Assembly (NCBI GenBank): GCA_001777575.1
Contig: MFEL01000012.1
Location: forward strand, 2,027 to 66,026
Origin: Candidatus Doudnabacteria bacterium RIFCSPHIGHO2_01_FULL_46_24
GTDB lineage: Bacteria; Patescibacteriota; Doudnabacteria; UBA920; O2-02-FULL-48-8
Length of the DNA: 64,000 bases
Reading direction: 5' to 3'
Made by a program: the position numbers and the translations under genes. Every line of letters starts with the position of its first letter. Position 1 is the first letter of the stretch. Below, piece by piece: positions 37,221 to 47,513 of the stretch. The notes below the pieces were generated by a model. It was not told where the DNA came from, did no database searches, and saw nothing but the letters and a program-made list of their open reading frames with translations.

Positions 37221-38249
37221 TTATTGCGTCGCCTGATGGATAAATAAATTCAGGAGCAATTTGGGGTTTTGCTCAGAGGTTTTGAGCTTGCGGTCAATGG
37301 ACAATAAGCTTCTGAGTAGCGTTTTGGCTTTGATCGGGTCGAAATTCTTTACCAATTTCAAGTTGACGAAAACCCGCCCGGAAGACCACCCCAAAATTTC
37401 GGCGATTTCGGCCTGATTTTTCTTCTGAGCCAAAAGCCCATAAACCTGCAGCAAACTTTTGAGCTGTTCCGTCAGCAACCCAACGATTTTGATGATTTCG
37501 AATTTTTCGTCAGAACTGCTTGCCGCCAGCAGCGACTCCAGGCTCTGCGCGGCTTGTTTTTCCTGTTTGGCGAAAATGCTGTCGGAGAGGGCAAACACAT
37601 TCTCCGGTAAATGCGGTTCGACAAGTTTCTCCACATCTGACTGTTCTATTTTAGCTTTATAACTTGCCAATTTACTCAACTCATTGTCCGCCTGCCAAAG
37701 ATTGAAAGGCGGGGCTTTTTTTTCGCTAGCTTCGTCGCGGCCCAAAAACACCGCCAATCTGTCTGCCGCGGCCGGAGTCAATGTAACGCTTTTGGCCTCT
37801 GCTTCGGATATCAGCCATTGGTTGAGCGCCTTCCCGACGGGGAGTTTGAATTGGGTGACTTGAACTGGCAGGCTCAGAATTTTTTTTACAACTTTCAGCC
37901 GCTGATCCAGCTTAACGGACTGCCAAAACACCAAAAAGTAGTCTTTGGGAGTATTGCTGATCACCTGCCTCAGTTTCTCTGCCAGAGATTCCTGTGTGGC
38001 TTTGTTAGGCAAAACGTTTTTGGCAATGAGCAATTTTTTGGTCGCAAACAAAGACGGACTTAATTCCTGTTCAAGTTTCTTTCCCAACTCGTCCTCGCCA
38101 AGCTTCTCGCCGTCAATGATTGAGACGGCGGAAGTCGAGTATTTTTTTTCAAATTCCGAAATCCAGCGCCTGACTTTGCGCTGGATGCTGAAATCGTCTT
38201 CGCCGTGAAAAATAAAAACGTTAGAAGAGCGGCTGGAGGTGCTTGTCAT
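37221..38249 (-). CDS. holA: DNA polymerase III delta subunit
   Basis: 342 aa. N-terminal FIFHGEDDF motif and delta-subunit length and helical C-terminal domain. Confidence 0.55.
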   Translation of the reverse strand: MTSTSSRSSNVFIFHGEDDFSIQRKVRRWISEFEKKYSTSAVSIIDGEKLGEDELGKKLEQELSPSLFATKKLLIAKNVLPNKATQESLAEKLRQVISNTPKDYFLVFWQSVKLDQRLKVVKKILSLPVQVTQFKLPVGKALNQWLISEAEAKSVTLTPAAADRLAVFLGRDEASEKKAPPFNLWQADNELSKLASYKAKIEQSDVEKLVEPHLPENVFALSDSIFAKQEKQAAQSLESLLAASSSDEKFEIIKIVGLLTEQLKSLLQVYGLLAQKKNQAEIAEILGWSSGRVFVNLKLVKNFDPIKAKTLLRSLLSIDRKLKTSEQNPKLLLNLFIHQATQ

Positions 38250-38412
38250 TTTCTTTTTTTGTCAATTTCTGATTGATGATCTTATTCAGGTCCGATTGGC
38301 GGATTTTCCATTGGGCCCCGATCTTAAAAGCCGGGATTTTACCCGCCTTGCACCAGCGCCAAATAGTCTGGTTGGTCACATTGAAGAACCTGGCCAGCTG
38401 TTCTACCCCCAT
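38221..38412 (-). CDS. Small HTH (excisionase/HTH_17 family) DNA-binding protein
   Basis: MGVEQLARFFNVTNQTIWRWCKAGKIPAFKIGAQWKIR. Start at internal Met; overlaps the holA 5' end in another frame. Confidence 0.45.
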   Translation of the reverse strand: MGVEQLARFFNVTNQTIWRWCKAGKIPAFKIGAQWKIRQSDLNKIINQKLTKKENDKHLQPLF

Positions 38413-38511
38413 GATTTTGTCATCTCGGCCTATCATAAGCCCAGTTTAACACTCCCAAGCCTTGAATTCAAGCTCAAAAAATGCTATAAATACGGGGCAA
38501 AAAACATTTAT

Positions 38512-38586
38512 GTCTCCGTGGTGAAACGGATATCACACCAGTCTTCGGAACTGGTATTGGGGGTTCGAATCCCTCCGGGGACACCA
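38512..38586 (+). tRNA. tRNA-Arg (TCG), CCA encoded
   Basis: Acceptor gtctccg/cggggac. D-stem gtga/tcac. Anticodon stem ccagt/actgg with loop cTTCGga. T-arm gggggttcgaatccctc. Upstream TATAAAT, downstream ggcggttttttt. Confidence 0.7.
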
Positions 38587-38686
38587 AATATTTTTATCGC
38601 TTTAGGCGGTTTTTTTGTTGTAAAAAAAGCACGGAAGCTGGTGCTTGGATTAAGCAACCGACTCCGGCTTGAGTGAACGCGGTTAG

Positions 38687-38861
38687 GTCAGTCGCGCGGG
38701 CTGGTCGGCAACTGCTTCGTCGCCATTGCAATCCCGCTGACGAGGACCCCGACGATGCCAACGACTCCGGCGGCGATCAGGATTCCATGTGCGCCAAAGC
38801 GGCCGTAGAATCCAAACAGCACGATTGCTCCGATCACCGTCACGATTCCTGCCTTTAGCAT
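38687..38861 (-). CDS. Small Gly-rich membrane protein (58 aa), 10 bp after the phosphoesterase gene
   Basis: MLKAGIVTVIGAIVLFGFYGRFGAHGILIAAGVVGIVGVLVSGIAMATKQLPTSPRD. Not in the track (a different frame is listed). Confidence 0.3.
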
Positions 38862-38870
38862 AAGTCCTCC

Positions 38871-39863
38871 TCAGTGGCACGCGCCGGTGCCGCTGTCGCG
38901 AAACGACGCGCCCGCCACTGGAATGAACTCCCAGTTATAGCTTGCGGCCTTGAGCGTCAGCTTAAGCACGCCCCACGACGTGCTGTCATACAACTCGCTG
39001 TTTTCCGCTGTGGTCCTCCGCCGATATAGCGGCGCGCCGCCGGTGCCAGCCGTGAACTGCCGAATGCCGCGCTGTTCATTCCACTGACCATCAGGATCCT
39101 GCGGCCGAAACCGCTCATAGGCGTGCTCGTGGCCGTTCAGAATCACATCAGCGCCGGCATCATACAGCGCGCGCCAGGCATCGCGCACCTTGGTTTCGGC
39201 CGGATTCTGGCCGGAGGTGAACAGAGGGTAGTGCCAATAGGCCAACGCGCACTTGCTCCGGTTCGCCGCCAGATCAGCCCTTAACCATACATCCTGCGCG
39301 CTGTCCAGGCGCATTGAGATCTCGCTATTCAGCGAGATGATGTGCCAGGCGCCGTAATCAAAACTGTAGTAACCGAGACCAGGCGGACCAGCGGCAAAGC
39401 CGAAATAGTTGAAGTAGGAAACACCGCTGTCACCCTCGCTCCAGTCATGATTGCCGGGTGCTGCGCGCGTCCGCGCCAGATGCCGCCCCCATGTGGGTTC
39501 ATAACAGGCTCGGTAATTCTCCATCGAACCGTTCGGATAGACGTTGTCGCCGAGCGTAAAGACTGTGCCCGCGATGCTGTCGAGCAGCCGTGCGGTCAAT
39601 ACAGCACCTTGTGACCCGCATACCGCGATATCGCCCGCGCCGACGAACACTACCTCGCCCAGAGGCGGTGGTATTGGCCCAGGCTGTGTTGGCGGTTGGG
39701 ATGGCGGATCTGAAGGAGGTTGAGCCGGCGAGGGAGGTTCCGCCGGCGGCGTAGTCGCCTGAACCAAAGCGGTTTTACTCGGACCGGTCAGTCCCCTGTC
39801 GTCGCCGCAAGCAGCGGCAAAGAGCAGGAGAAAAATAGCGATCAAGCGCATGATCTGTCGCAT
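38871..39863 (-). CDS. Metallophosphoesterase (calcineurin/purple-acid-phosphatase-like) lipoprotein
   Basis: Lipobox LFAAAC. Pro-rich linker. GDNVYPNG, GNHDWSEGD, GHEHAYER motifs. Confidence 0.8.
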   Translation of the reverse strand: MRQIMRLIAIFLLLFAAACGDDRGLTGPSKTALVQATTPPAEPPSPAQPPSDPPSQPPTQPGPIPPPLGEVVFVGAGDIAVCGSQGAVLTARLLDSIAGTVFTLGDNVYPNGSMENYRACYEPTWGRHLARTRAAPGNHDWSEGDSGVSYFNYFGFAAGPPGLGYYSFDYGAWHIISLNSEISMRLDSAQDVWLRADLAANRSKCALAYWHYPLFTSGQNPAETKVRDAWRALYDAGADVILNGHEHAYERFRPQDPDGQWNEQRGIRQFTAGTGGAPLYRRRTTAENSELYDSTSWGVLKLTLKAASYNWEFIPVAGASFRDSGTGACH

Positions 39864-39987
39864 TGAGTTTTCCTCCTGCTAACGATTGTGCCATTACAAT
39901 AGCACTTGTATAAGGCCTTGAAAAGTCATAAATCAATTGTTCTTTTTTGCGATTAAAAAACAGCTTATCGCTGTTTCGGAAATCATT

Positions 39988-40063
39988 TGGTGGGTCGCCC
40001 CGGAATCGAACCGGGAACCTTGGCGTTAAGAGCGCCCTGCTCTGCCAGTTGAGCTAGCGACCC
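39988..40063 (-). tRNA. tRNA-Lys (CTT), CCA encoded
   Basis: Acceptor gggtcgc/gcgaccc. D-arm tagctcaactggcagagc. Anticodon loop cTCTTaa. T-arm ccggttcgattccgg. Confidence 0.75.
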
Positions 40064-40069
40064 AAAAAT

Positions 40070-40318
40070 TTAAGCATGTGGTAATTTTTCCATCCAATGT
40101 TCTGGCTGCGCTTTTATATTAAGCATGCTTTGCACCAAACCAGCAATCGATCCTAATATACGAAAAAGTAAATAAGTACTGCCTTCGCCTCTAACTCGAA
40201 CTTTCACCGTTCCCATGTAATGAATATTTTTACGATAGCCTGAACCTTCTGGTTTTATAAAGCTTTTTTGAAAATTCGCTATAGGCACGCCGGTCAGCTT
40301 CGACCAGTATTGTTTCAT
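40070..40318 (-). CDS. Hypothetical protein (82 aa) abutting tRNA-Lys
   Basis: ORF only. 6 bp from the tRNA 5' end. Confidence 0.3.
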   Translation of the reverse strand: MKQYWSKLTGVPIANFQKSFIKPEGSGYRKNIHYMGTVKVRVRGEGSTYLLFRILGSIAGLVQSMLNIKAQPEHWMEKLPHA

Positions 40319-40628
40319 GTTTCGTTCATTTTGTCCAGAATGCAGATGCAGTTCAAAAACTAACGATTCAGGCAGAATTTACCATTACACCTCTATTGTC
40401 AAATAAAAAAATCCACGGGCGCAGTTTTTTTTCGTTATACTTATGTTATATCTAAGTATAACTTTTTTAGATCCTTAAATAAGCTTGCCCCGGACTCCCA
40501 GCCTCGACTCGCCGTCGAGGCGAGGCGGGCGATCCGGGGTTCAGGATGACTCATGAGCTCATGTAGTTTGGCGCTTCTTCGGTGATGATGACGTCATGGA
40601 CATGGGACTCGCGCTGGCCGGCTTTTAT

Positions 40629-42158
40629 TTATTCCCATTCAACCGTGCCAGGCGGCTTGGAGGTGATGTCATAGACCACGCGGTTGACTCCCTCAACTTC
40701 GTTGGTGATGCGAGAGGAAATTTTGGCCAGCAGCTTATGGGGCAAGTTCGCCCACTGAACGGTCAGAAAATCAGGCGTATTGAACGCGCGGATGATAATT
40801 GGAAATCCGTATGTCCTGGCATCGCCCTGCACCCCGACTGATCTGATCGTTGATGGTAATACCGCGAAATATTGCGAGACTTTTACGCCGCTTTTTTCCA
40901 TTTCTTCCGAAAGAATCTTGTCCGCTTGCCGAATCAGCTCAAGCTTGTCTCTGGTGACTTCGCCGATGATCCGAATCGCCAGCCCCGGACCTGGGAAAGG
41001 CACGCGATAAGCTATACTTTTCGGCAAGCCTAAGGCAACAGCAATTTTCCTCACTTCATACTTATAGAGATCACGCAGGGGTTCGATGAGCTTCATGCCC
41101 ATCCTTTTTGGCAGCCCGCCGACATTGTGGTGGGACTTGATGACAGCCGCGTTTTTGCTGCCCACACTCTTGCCGGAACTGACGGCGTCGGTATACAAAG
41201 TTCCTTGCACCAGCCATTTGACCTTGCCGATTTTTTTCGCTTCTTTTTCAAAAATTCTGATAAAAAGCTCACCAATAGTTTTGCGTTTTTTTTCAGGGTC
41301 AACAACACCCTTCAGCCTGGCCAAAAAATCCTTTTCTGCCCTGACAATGATCAGGTTTATTTTCAAATAAGACCTAAAAATCTTCTTGATGGACTCGGTT
41401 TCACCCGCGCGCATCAGTCCGGTGTCCACATATACGCAGGTCAAATTTTTGCCGATAGCTTTGTGAACCAATACTGCCGCCACGGCCGAATCCACGCCTC
41501 CGGATAACGCACAAATCGCCCTGTCGTTGCCTATCCGCTGCCGGATTTCTTCCACTGATTTTTCTATAAAATCTCTGCCCTTGGGAGTTTTTTTGACACC
41601 GGTGATCTTGATGAAATTCGCCAAGATCTTCTGCCCGTTTTTGGTATGCATGACTTCCGGATGAAATTGCAGCCCAAACAACTTCCTTTGTTCGTAGGCC
41701 ACAGCCGCCGCCGGGCAGTTATCGGATGATGCGATGATTGTAAAATTTTTGGGAAGCTTGCTGACGGCATCGCCATGCGACATCCAGACGTCCTGTTTTT
41801 TTCCAAGCCCGGCAAAAATTCTGCTCTTTCTTGCCAAAGTCACTTCAACATGCCCGTATTCCCGCCGCTTCGAAGACTGAATCTTGCCGCCCAGCTCATA
41901 CGCCATGAGCTGTTGGCCGTAGCAAATGCCCAAGACAGGGATGCCTAACGAAAAAATTGATGCGTTTACGCGTAAAGCCGAGCTTTCGGACAAATTTTGC
42001 GGCCCGCCGGAGAGAATTATCCCCCTTGCTTCTGCCAACATTTGCAAGGGAAATTGAGGAGTTACCAGCTCAGCTAAAACTCCCATCTCGCGGATTCTGC
42101 GCACAATGAGATGGGCGTACTGGGAGCCAAAGTCTAGAACATAGATTATATCTTGCAT
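40629..42158 (-). CDS. guaA: GMP synthase (glutamine-hydrolysing)
   Basis: GATase1 N-terminus (MQDIIYVLDFGSQY, GICYGQQ), ATP-PPase SGGVDS, conserved C-terminal dimerisation domain. Start at internal Met. Confidence 0.95.
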   Translation of the reverse strand: MQDIIYVLDFGSQYAHLIVRRIREMGVLAELVTPQFPLQMLAEARGIILSGGPQNLSESSALRVNASIFSLGIPVLGICYGQQLMAYELGGKIQSSKRREYGHVEVTLARKSRIFAGLGKKQDVWMSHGDAVSKLPKNFTIIASSDNCPAAAVAYEQRKLFGLQFHPEVMHTKNGQKILANFIKITGVKKTPKGRDFIEKSVEEIRQRIGNDRAICALSGGVDSAVAAVLVHKAIGKNLTCVYVDTGLMRAGETESIKKIFRSYLKINLIIVRAEKDFLARLKGVVDPEKKRKTIGELFIRIFEKEAKKIGKVKWLVQGTLYTDAVSSGKSVGSKNAAVIKSHHNVGGLPKRMGMKLIEPLRDLYKYEVRKIAVALGLPKSIAYRVPFPGPGLAIRIIGEVTRDKLELIRQADKILSEEMEKSGVKVSQYFAVLPSTIRSVGVQGDARTYGFPIIIRAFNTPDFLTVQWANLPHKLLAKISSRITNEVEGVNRVVYDITSKPPGTVEWE

Positions 42159-42220
42159 ATATATTGGAACATGCTTCGCGAAATATGCGCCTCCGGCGCG
42201 AAACACAATGATATTTCTAT

Positions 42221-43216
42221 TTATTTCGGGTGTATAAAACTCGCCTCGAACGCCCATTTCGTGCACTGGTCAATTTGGGCAATGGTCAAAATGTTATTTT
42301 TCAAAAGCAGCTGCTGCTCTTTGTAAATATCCGTGGAATACATTTCCGGCCCGTCGGTATTGATGGTAAATTTGATTTTGTGCGCCAAAAAAACCTGGAT
42401 GATTTTCTTAAGCTCACCCAGGTTCTTAACCACGCTGTTGCGCAGGTTGGAAGTCGGGCAGATTTCCAGGGTAATGCCCTGTTTGGCAATCTGCTTCAAA
42501 AGTTCCGGATCATATGCCGCCTTGATGCCGTGCCCAATCCGGTCGGGCCGGATATGGTTGACCACGAATTTCATCTCATCCAATCGGCCTTCCTCGCCAG
42601 TATGCACCGTGATTCCCAACCCCGCCTTTCTTGCCCTGCGAAACAGCAACGCGTGCTTCTTCATGGAAAATCCTTTCACGTCCGGCCCGGCCACGTCCAC
42701 CCCCACCACTCCCTGTTTGCTGTATTTAATGGCTTTTTTGATTTTAATTTCGTTTTGGCCGTAAGTGTGCAGGCGGTGCATCATCAGAATGATGCCGGCT
42801 TTCACCTGCGGGTATTCCAGGACCGCGCGCTCCACAGCCCAAAGCGCTGACAAAATGATGTGGTCCAAATCGCGCTCGCCGCCGCGATTGCGCATCATGG
42901 GATCAAAACGCAATTCCTGCAGCACCAAATTGCAGGCCCTGTACCCGCCGCCGATGACGCTCTTGACCGACTCCTCTATGGCCTCAGGCGAGGATTGGAT
43001 CAGTTCGGTCCAGCGGTAAAATTTTTCGTGCATTTCCCTGATGTTTTTGTTTTTCCGGCCTCCAGTCATGGTGATCATCCGTTCAAAGTCCCAATAATTT
43101 TTGCTGGGCAGCTTAATGCCTTGCCGGTGCGCGATTGACCAAAGGATGGCCGGATCCACAGCCGCCCCCAAATGGGTGTGGAGTTCAGCGCGCTTGATTT
43201 TAGTTTTCTGAGGCAT
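42221..43216 (-). CDS. add: Adenosine/adenine deaminase family protein
   Basis: AELHTHLGAA metal-binding motif, HTGE, TINTDGP. 331 aa. Confidence 0.75.
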   Translation of the reverse strand: MPQKTKIKRAELHTHLGAAVDPAILWSIAHRQGIKLPSKNYWDFERMITMTGGRKNKNIREMHEKFYRWTELIQSSPEAIEESVKSVIGGGYRACNLVLQELRFDPMMRNRGGERDLDHIILSALWAVERAVLEYPQVKAGIILMMHRLHTYGQNEIKIKKAIKYSKQGVVGVDVAGPDVKGFSMKKHALLFRRARKAGLGITVHTGEEGRLDEMKFVVNHIRPDRIGHGIKAAYDPELLKQIAKQGITLEICPTSNLRNSVVKNLGELKKIIQVFLAHKIKFTINTDGPEMYSTDIYKEQQLLLKNNILTIAQIDQCTKWAFEASFIHPK

Positions 43217-43243
43217 ATCCTGAAAATTTCTAATTTCTAATTT

Positions 43244-44299
43244 TTAATAGTTCGGCGCTTTCTTGGAGATAACCACCGAGTGGGGATGCGACTCCATGAG
43301 TCCCGCGGCAGTAATTTGCACAAACCTGGCCTGCTTGGGCATGTCGGCGATGGTGGCCGCGCCGATATAACCCATGCCGCTTTTGACCCCGCCGACGATT
43401 TGCGTCACAATTTCCGCCACCGGGCCTTTATAAGACGTCAGGGCGGATACCCCTTCGGCAATGAATTTCTTGGCGTTTTTCTGAAAATACCGATCCGAGG
43501 ATTTATTCGCAGCCAAGACCTCGAAACTGCCCATACCGCGGTACTGTTTGTAAAACTTGCCATCTTTCTGGATAAATTTTCCAGGTGCTTCATCGGTTCC
43601 GGCCAACATAGAGCCCAGCATCACGCTTGAAGCGCCAGCGGCCAGCGCCTTGACCACATCTCCTGAATATTTCATGCCGCCGTCAGCAATGACCGGAATG
43701 TTCTTATTCTTGGCCACTGCAAAGACATCCATAATTGCCGACAATTGAGGCACACCAATGCCGGCCACGACTCTCGTGGTGCAGATTGACCCCGGCCCGA
43801 TGCCGACTTTGATGGCATCACAAAAAGGCAGCAAATCTTTTGCTGCCTCTTCTGTCGCGATGTTGCCGATGATCAATTGGGTCTTGGTAGCGGCGCGGAT
43901 TTTTTTGATATTATTTATGACATGAGTGTTGTGCGCATGCGCAGTATCAACCACCACAACATCCGCCCCGGCCTTGTCCAAAGCCCTGGCGCGCTCCAAA
44001 TCCGCCGGGCCCGCAGCCGCGCCGACCATGACCCCTTGTTTCTTGGCTGTCTTGACCCAAGCGACCTGATCCGAGATAGCACAGCTCCTATGCAAAATGG
44101 CCATACTGCCCAGTTTCCCAAGCGCTATGGCCATTTTCAGTTCGCTCACGGTATCCATGGCTGCAGAAATGAGCGGAATTTGGAGTTTGATTTTTCTAGT
44201 CAGCCAAGTTTCAGTCTTCGCCCCGCTTCGAGTCACCGCGGATCGCCGCGGCTCAAGCAAGACATCGTCAAAAGTCAGTTTGAGCGGAATTGAAAGCAT
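43244..44299 (-). CDS. guaB: IMP dehydrogenase/GMP reductase family protein (no CBS pair)
   Basis: [11 protein letters not shown] catalytic loop and TIM-barrel pattern. 351 aa, short form. Confidence 0.75.
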   Translation of the reverse strand: MLSIPLKLTFDDVLLEPRRSAVTRSGAKTETWLTRKIKLQIPLISAAMDTVSELKMAIALGKLGSMAILHRSCAISDQVAWVKTAKKQGVMVGAAAGPADLERARALDKAGADVVVVDTAHAHNTHVINNIKKIRAATKTQLIIGNIATEEAAKDLLPFCDAIKVGIGPGSICTTRVVAGIGVPQLSAIMDVFAVAKNKNIPVIADGGMKYSGDVVKALAAGASSVMLGSMLAGTDEAPGKFIQKDGKFYKQYRGMGSFEVLAANKSSDRYFQKNAKKFIAEGVSALTSYKGPVAEIVTQIVGGVKSGMGYIGAATIADMPKQARFVQITAAGLMESHPHSVVISKKAPNY

Positions 44300-44400
44300 G
44301 TGGATATGATTTACAAATCATAGCATTTTTCCCGAACATAAGCAATAAACACCTCAACCGGTGTTGAGGTGTTTATTTGGCTAATATAAGCCATTTTTTA

Positions 44401-44676
44401 TTAAGGCCTGAAGGGGTTGCCGCGGTTGACGTTGACCGAGGGCGATTGGAATTTCTTTTGCCGGTCAAGGTAATCCAAGGTGTCTTGGTACGCATTCAGA
44501 TCAACCCTGACTATGTCCGAAGGCGCGACACTCACCTCGCCGGAGTAAAGATTCTTAAAAATATATTGCCAGGCGAGGTAGGCTTCGTAAAGCAAAACCA
44601 GAAACAAAACGATGGTCAGCAGCAAGCTGACATTGATTTTTATTTTGCCGAAATTGGGGAGCGCTAATTTTTTCAT
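44401..44676 (-). CDS. Small pilus-assembly-associated membrane protein (PilP-like position)
   Basis: 91 aa, N-terminal TM, last gene of the pilMNO array. Confidence 0.3.
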   Translation of the reverse strand: MKKLALPNFGKIKINVSLLLTIVLFLVLLYEAYLAWQYIFKNLYSGEVSVAPSDIVRVDLNAYQDTLDYLDRQKKFQSPSVNVNRGNPFRP

Positions 44677-44677
44677 T

Positions 44678-45277
44678 TCATTCTGCTTTCTGATTTACGA
44701 AGAATACCCCGTCTATGGAAGTAAACACCCGGCCGGTGTATATTTTGGCCTTGGTGTCTTCGGAGTCCACCAATTCCGCTGACAAGTCAATTTTGGCGAT
44801 TTCAGTGAATTGCGGCAGATGCTCCATGTATTTGATGAACTCCACAATCCCGGCAAAATCGTTAAGCAGCGTCAGGCGGTAGCGGATTTCATCCAAGCCC
44901 GGTTTATTCGCAACCACCGGCGGTTTCTGATCCTTCGGCTTTACATCCACCTCTTCTTCCTCAATGTCCAGCTCTTCTTCAGTCCCGGTTTTGGCGGCGG
45001 CTAATTCCAAATTTTTGACAGCCAAAACCAACTCTTCCCTGTCCACAAAGGCGGTAAGGATCTCGTCTTTCCGACTCGCTTTCGAAAGATCAGTTTGGGC
45101 GTTGTTGTATGCTTCGATCTGGCGTTCCAGGGTGGCCAGCTGCTGATGTTTACTTGAAACTTCCAAATTCAAAGCACCAAGCCGGCCCAACATCGGATTG
45201 ACCAGCAGGCCGAACAGCAAGCCTGTGGCAAGCAAGCCGCCCAGGAAAATCACAGTCAATTTAAGTATGGCGCTCAT
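44678..45277 (-). CDS. pilO: Type IV pilus assembly protein PilO-like
   Basis: 199 aa. TM plus coiled coil plus C-terminal domain. Position after pilN. Confidence 0.55.
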   Translation of the reverse strand: MSAILKLTVIFLGGLLATGLLFGLLVNPMLGRLGALNLEVSSKHQQLATLERQIEAYNNAQTDLSKASRKDEILTAFVDREELVLAVKNLELAAAKTGTEEELDIEEEEVDVKPKDQKPPVVANKPGLDEIRYRLTLLNDFAGIVEFIKYMEHLPQFTEIAKIDLSAELVDSEDTKAKIYTGRVFTSIDGVFFVNQKAE

Positions 45278-45396
45278 CCCGTTAAAAATTGCGCACGCTT
45301 AACCGGGAACTGAGCGTTGCGCGATTAATTATTATTAAATCTTTTATCATGCTTGTTGTAATTTATTTTAGCGGGGTTAATCTATTTCTAACGGGA

Positions 45397-45954
45397 TCAT
45401 TCTTGTATTATGGCTTCGGGATTAATGTAAAAAGTGTAGGTAAAAGGCGCGTCGTCGGCCCTTTCCAAGTTCGACAAGGGAAAATTGATGTTTTTGAAGT
45501 ATTTTGATTTATGCATATCCGCCCAAAATTTCAATATACTTTCGCGATCCTGGGCCGTGCCGGAAATGTCTATTTTGCCGCTGGCCCGATCCAGGCTTAA
45601 CACGTCAATTACGGCATCGTCAGCTATGAAATTGCCCAGCTCGACCAAAGCCTCGGACCAATAATAATGCCGGGCGCGCAAGGCTTCGATTTTCCTGATT
45701 TCGTCATTAAGGGCCACAACTTGCTGCTGCAACTGCTGGTTGGTCGCGGATTTGAGCAATGCCTGGTTTTCGGCAATCGCCTCTTCTGCCTGGTTGATTT
45801 GGGAATTAAGCTGAAAGGTGCTAAAAAAACTCAAGGCGGAAAGCAGCAACAGGCTAAAAAAAATCCAGGCCCAAAAATTCAAAAACTGGCGGGAGGCCAA
45901 TTCCAGCGTCAATTCTTTCTGCGCGGATAATGGGAGCAGGTTGATTTTTTTCAT
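45397..45954 (-). CDS. pilN: Type IV pilus assembly protein PilN-like
   Basis: 185 aa. Conserved N-terminal INLLP motif (MKKINLLPLS), TM, periplasmic domain. Overlaps pilM by 4 bp. Confidence 0.65.
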   Translation of the reverse strand: MKKINLLPLSAQKELTLELASRQFLNFWAWIFFSLLLLSALSFFSTFQLNSQINQAEEAIAENQALLKSATNQQLQQQVVALNDEIRKIEALRARHYYWSEALVELGNFIADDAVIDVLSLDRASGKIDISGTAQDRESILKFWADMHKSKYFKNINFPLSNLERADDAPFTYTFYINPEAIIQE

Positions 45955-47033
45955 TCCATCCCCCTTAAGGCCAGGCCGATGGCGGTGGCGAAACCCAGCG
46001 CCTCGTCTTTTTTAAGCGGCAGCTTGTCATCCAAGCCGGCAATGTTGAGATTGGTCCACGGATCCCCAAGTGAAACTCTTCCCACGGGCGCGTTGCTACC
46101 GAGGTTCAATCTGGCCGCGATGTAATCAGCTATGCCCAAAAGCCTGCTCGATCCCCCACTGAGCACGACTCGCTTGATCGGCCGGTGGTTTTGGGCATGC
46201 TCCTCATGAAAGCGAATGACATTTTTGATTTCATCCACGATATTGTCCAAAACCGGCAGAACGGCCTGCCGAATATTGCCGCGCTTGGTTTCCGAAACCA
46301 ATCCTAATTCCCGCTTAAGTTTTTCCGCTTCGCCGGATGAAACCCCCAAACTCCTGGCAATGCTTTCGGTGAAGGCGTTGCCGGCCACCGGAATGCTCGA
46401 GGTGTATTCCAAAACACCGCCGTCGATGATGATGAAGCTCGTCTGCATATTCGCCATGTCCAAAATCAACATGGATTGCTTGGCATCCTCCTGTCCAATC
46501 AAGGCGCGGGACAGGGCTTGCGACTCCAGTTCCAGCGCCACGGGCTTGAGCCGGGCGATTCTTAAAGTGTCAATAAGCGCGTCCACGTAATCCCTGGGGG
46601 TGGCGGCCACGAGCACATTGATTTTTTCTCCAGTTCGCGAAATGACCTGCCAGTCCAGATAAACTTGGTCAACCGGGACTGGAATATCCTGCTCCAACTG
46701 CCACGGGATGGCGCTGCCGATTTCCTCCTCGCGCATGTTGGGTATTTCCAGGATGCGGACGAATGATTTGGATTCCGGGATCGAAGCGGCCACGTACTTG
46801 GTGTCAATTTTGCCGGCCTTCGATAGGCAGTAGCCGATGTTTTCAGCCAAACGTTGTTCGCTGGCAATCAGATGGTTGTTGATAATTCTGGAGGGCAAAG
46901 ACAAATCGGCAAAAGCGTGCGGAATGAAACTTCGGTTATGCCGCTTCAACTGCATGGCCTTGATCGAGACGTCAGAAATATCAAGGCCGAACGCTTCAAT
47001 TTTTTTGTTTCCGAATAGCTGTACCATACCCAT
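45951..47033 (-). CDS. pilM: Type IV pilus assembly protein PilM (actin-like ATPase fold)
   Basis: 360 aa. GLDIS... N-terminus, acetate/sugar-kinase-like fold motifs. Confidence 0.85.
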   Translation of the reverse strand: MGMVQLFGNKKIEAFGLDISDVSIKAMQLKRHNRSFIPHAFADLSLPSRIINNHLIASEQRLAENIGYCLSKAGKIDTKYVAASIPESKSFVRILEIPNMREEEIGSAIPWQLEQDIPVPVDQVYLDWQVISRTGEKINVLVAATPRDYVDALIDTLRIARLKPVALELESQALSRALIGQEDAKQSMLILDMANMQTSFIIIDGGVLEYTSSIPVAGNAFTESIARSLGVSSGEAEKLKRELGLVSETKRGNIRQAVLPVLDNIVDEIKNVIRFHEEHAQNHRPIKRVVLSGGSSRLLGIADYIAARLNLGSNAPVGRVSLGDPWTNLNIAGLDDKLPLKKDEALGFATAIGLALRGME

Positions 47034-47065
47034 ATATTATACACTAAATTACACGAAACATAACA

Positions 47066-47503
47066 CTAACTGGCACGAAACGTGTATTTATGATCATTAG
47101 TGTATATAATCCTTTTGATATAAAGTTTTGGCGACGCAAAGTTAATAAAATATCCAAGCTCATACTCGCTGTTTCTCAGGTAATCATACAGCTGATCCAA
47201 AAACAGCTTTGGGACCTTCTCAACAGCTTTGAGCTCAACTATAATCTTGCCAGCGACTATAAAATCGGGTTTATATAACCCAATAACCTTTCTGGTCTTA
47301 GGTGAATAAATATTTATCGGCTGTTCGCGCTCAAATGCCAGACCACGAATTTTTAGTTCTTCAGCGAAGGCATTCTGATATAAACTCTCCTTGTGACCTG
47401 AGCCAAAATTCTTCCTGACTTCAAACGCTGCCCCTTGAATATCAAACGAAACTTCTTTATGCAATAGGTCTTCGTGGATTTTCGTGTTATGTTTAGTGTC
47501 CAT
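47066..47503 (-). CDS. GxxExxY protein (PD-(D/E)xK superfamily)
   Basis: GHKESLYQNAFAEEL and PDFIVAGKIIVELKAV motifs. 145 aa. Inserted between pilM and the major pilin gene. Confidence 0.8.
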   Translation of the reverse strand: MDTKHNTKIHEDLLHKEVSFDIQGAAFEVRKNFGSGHKESLYQNAFAEELKIRGLAFEREQPINIYSPKTRKVIGLYKPDFIVAGKIIVELKAVEKVPKLFLDQLYDYLRNSEYELGYFINFASPKLYIKRIIYTNDHKYTFRAS

Positions 47504-47513
47504 TCATGTATAT

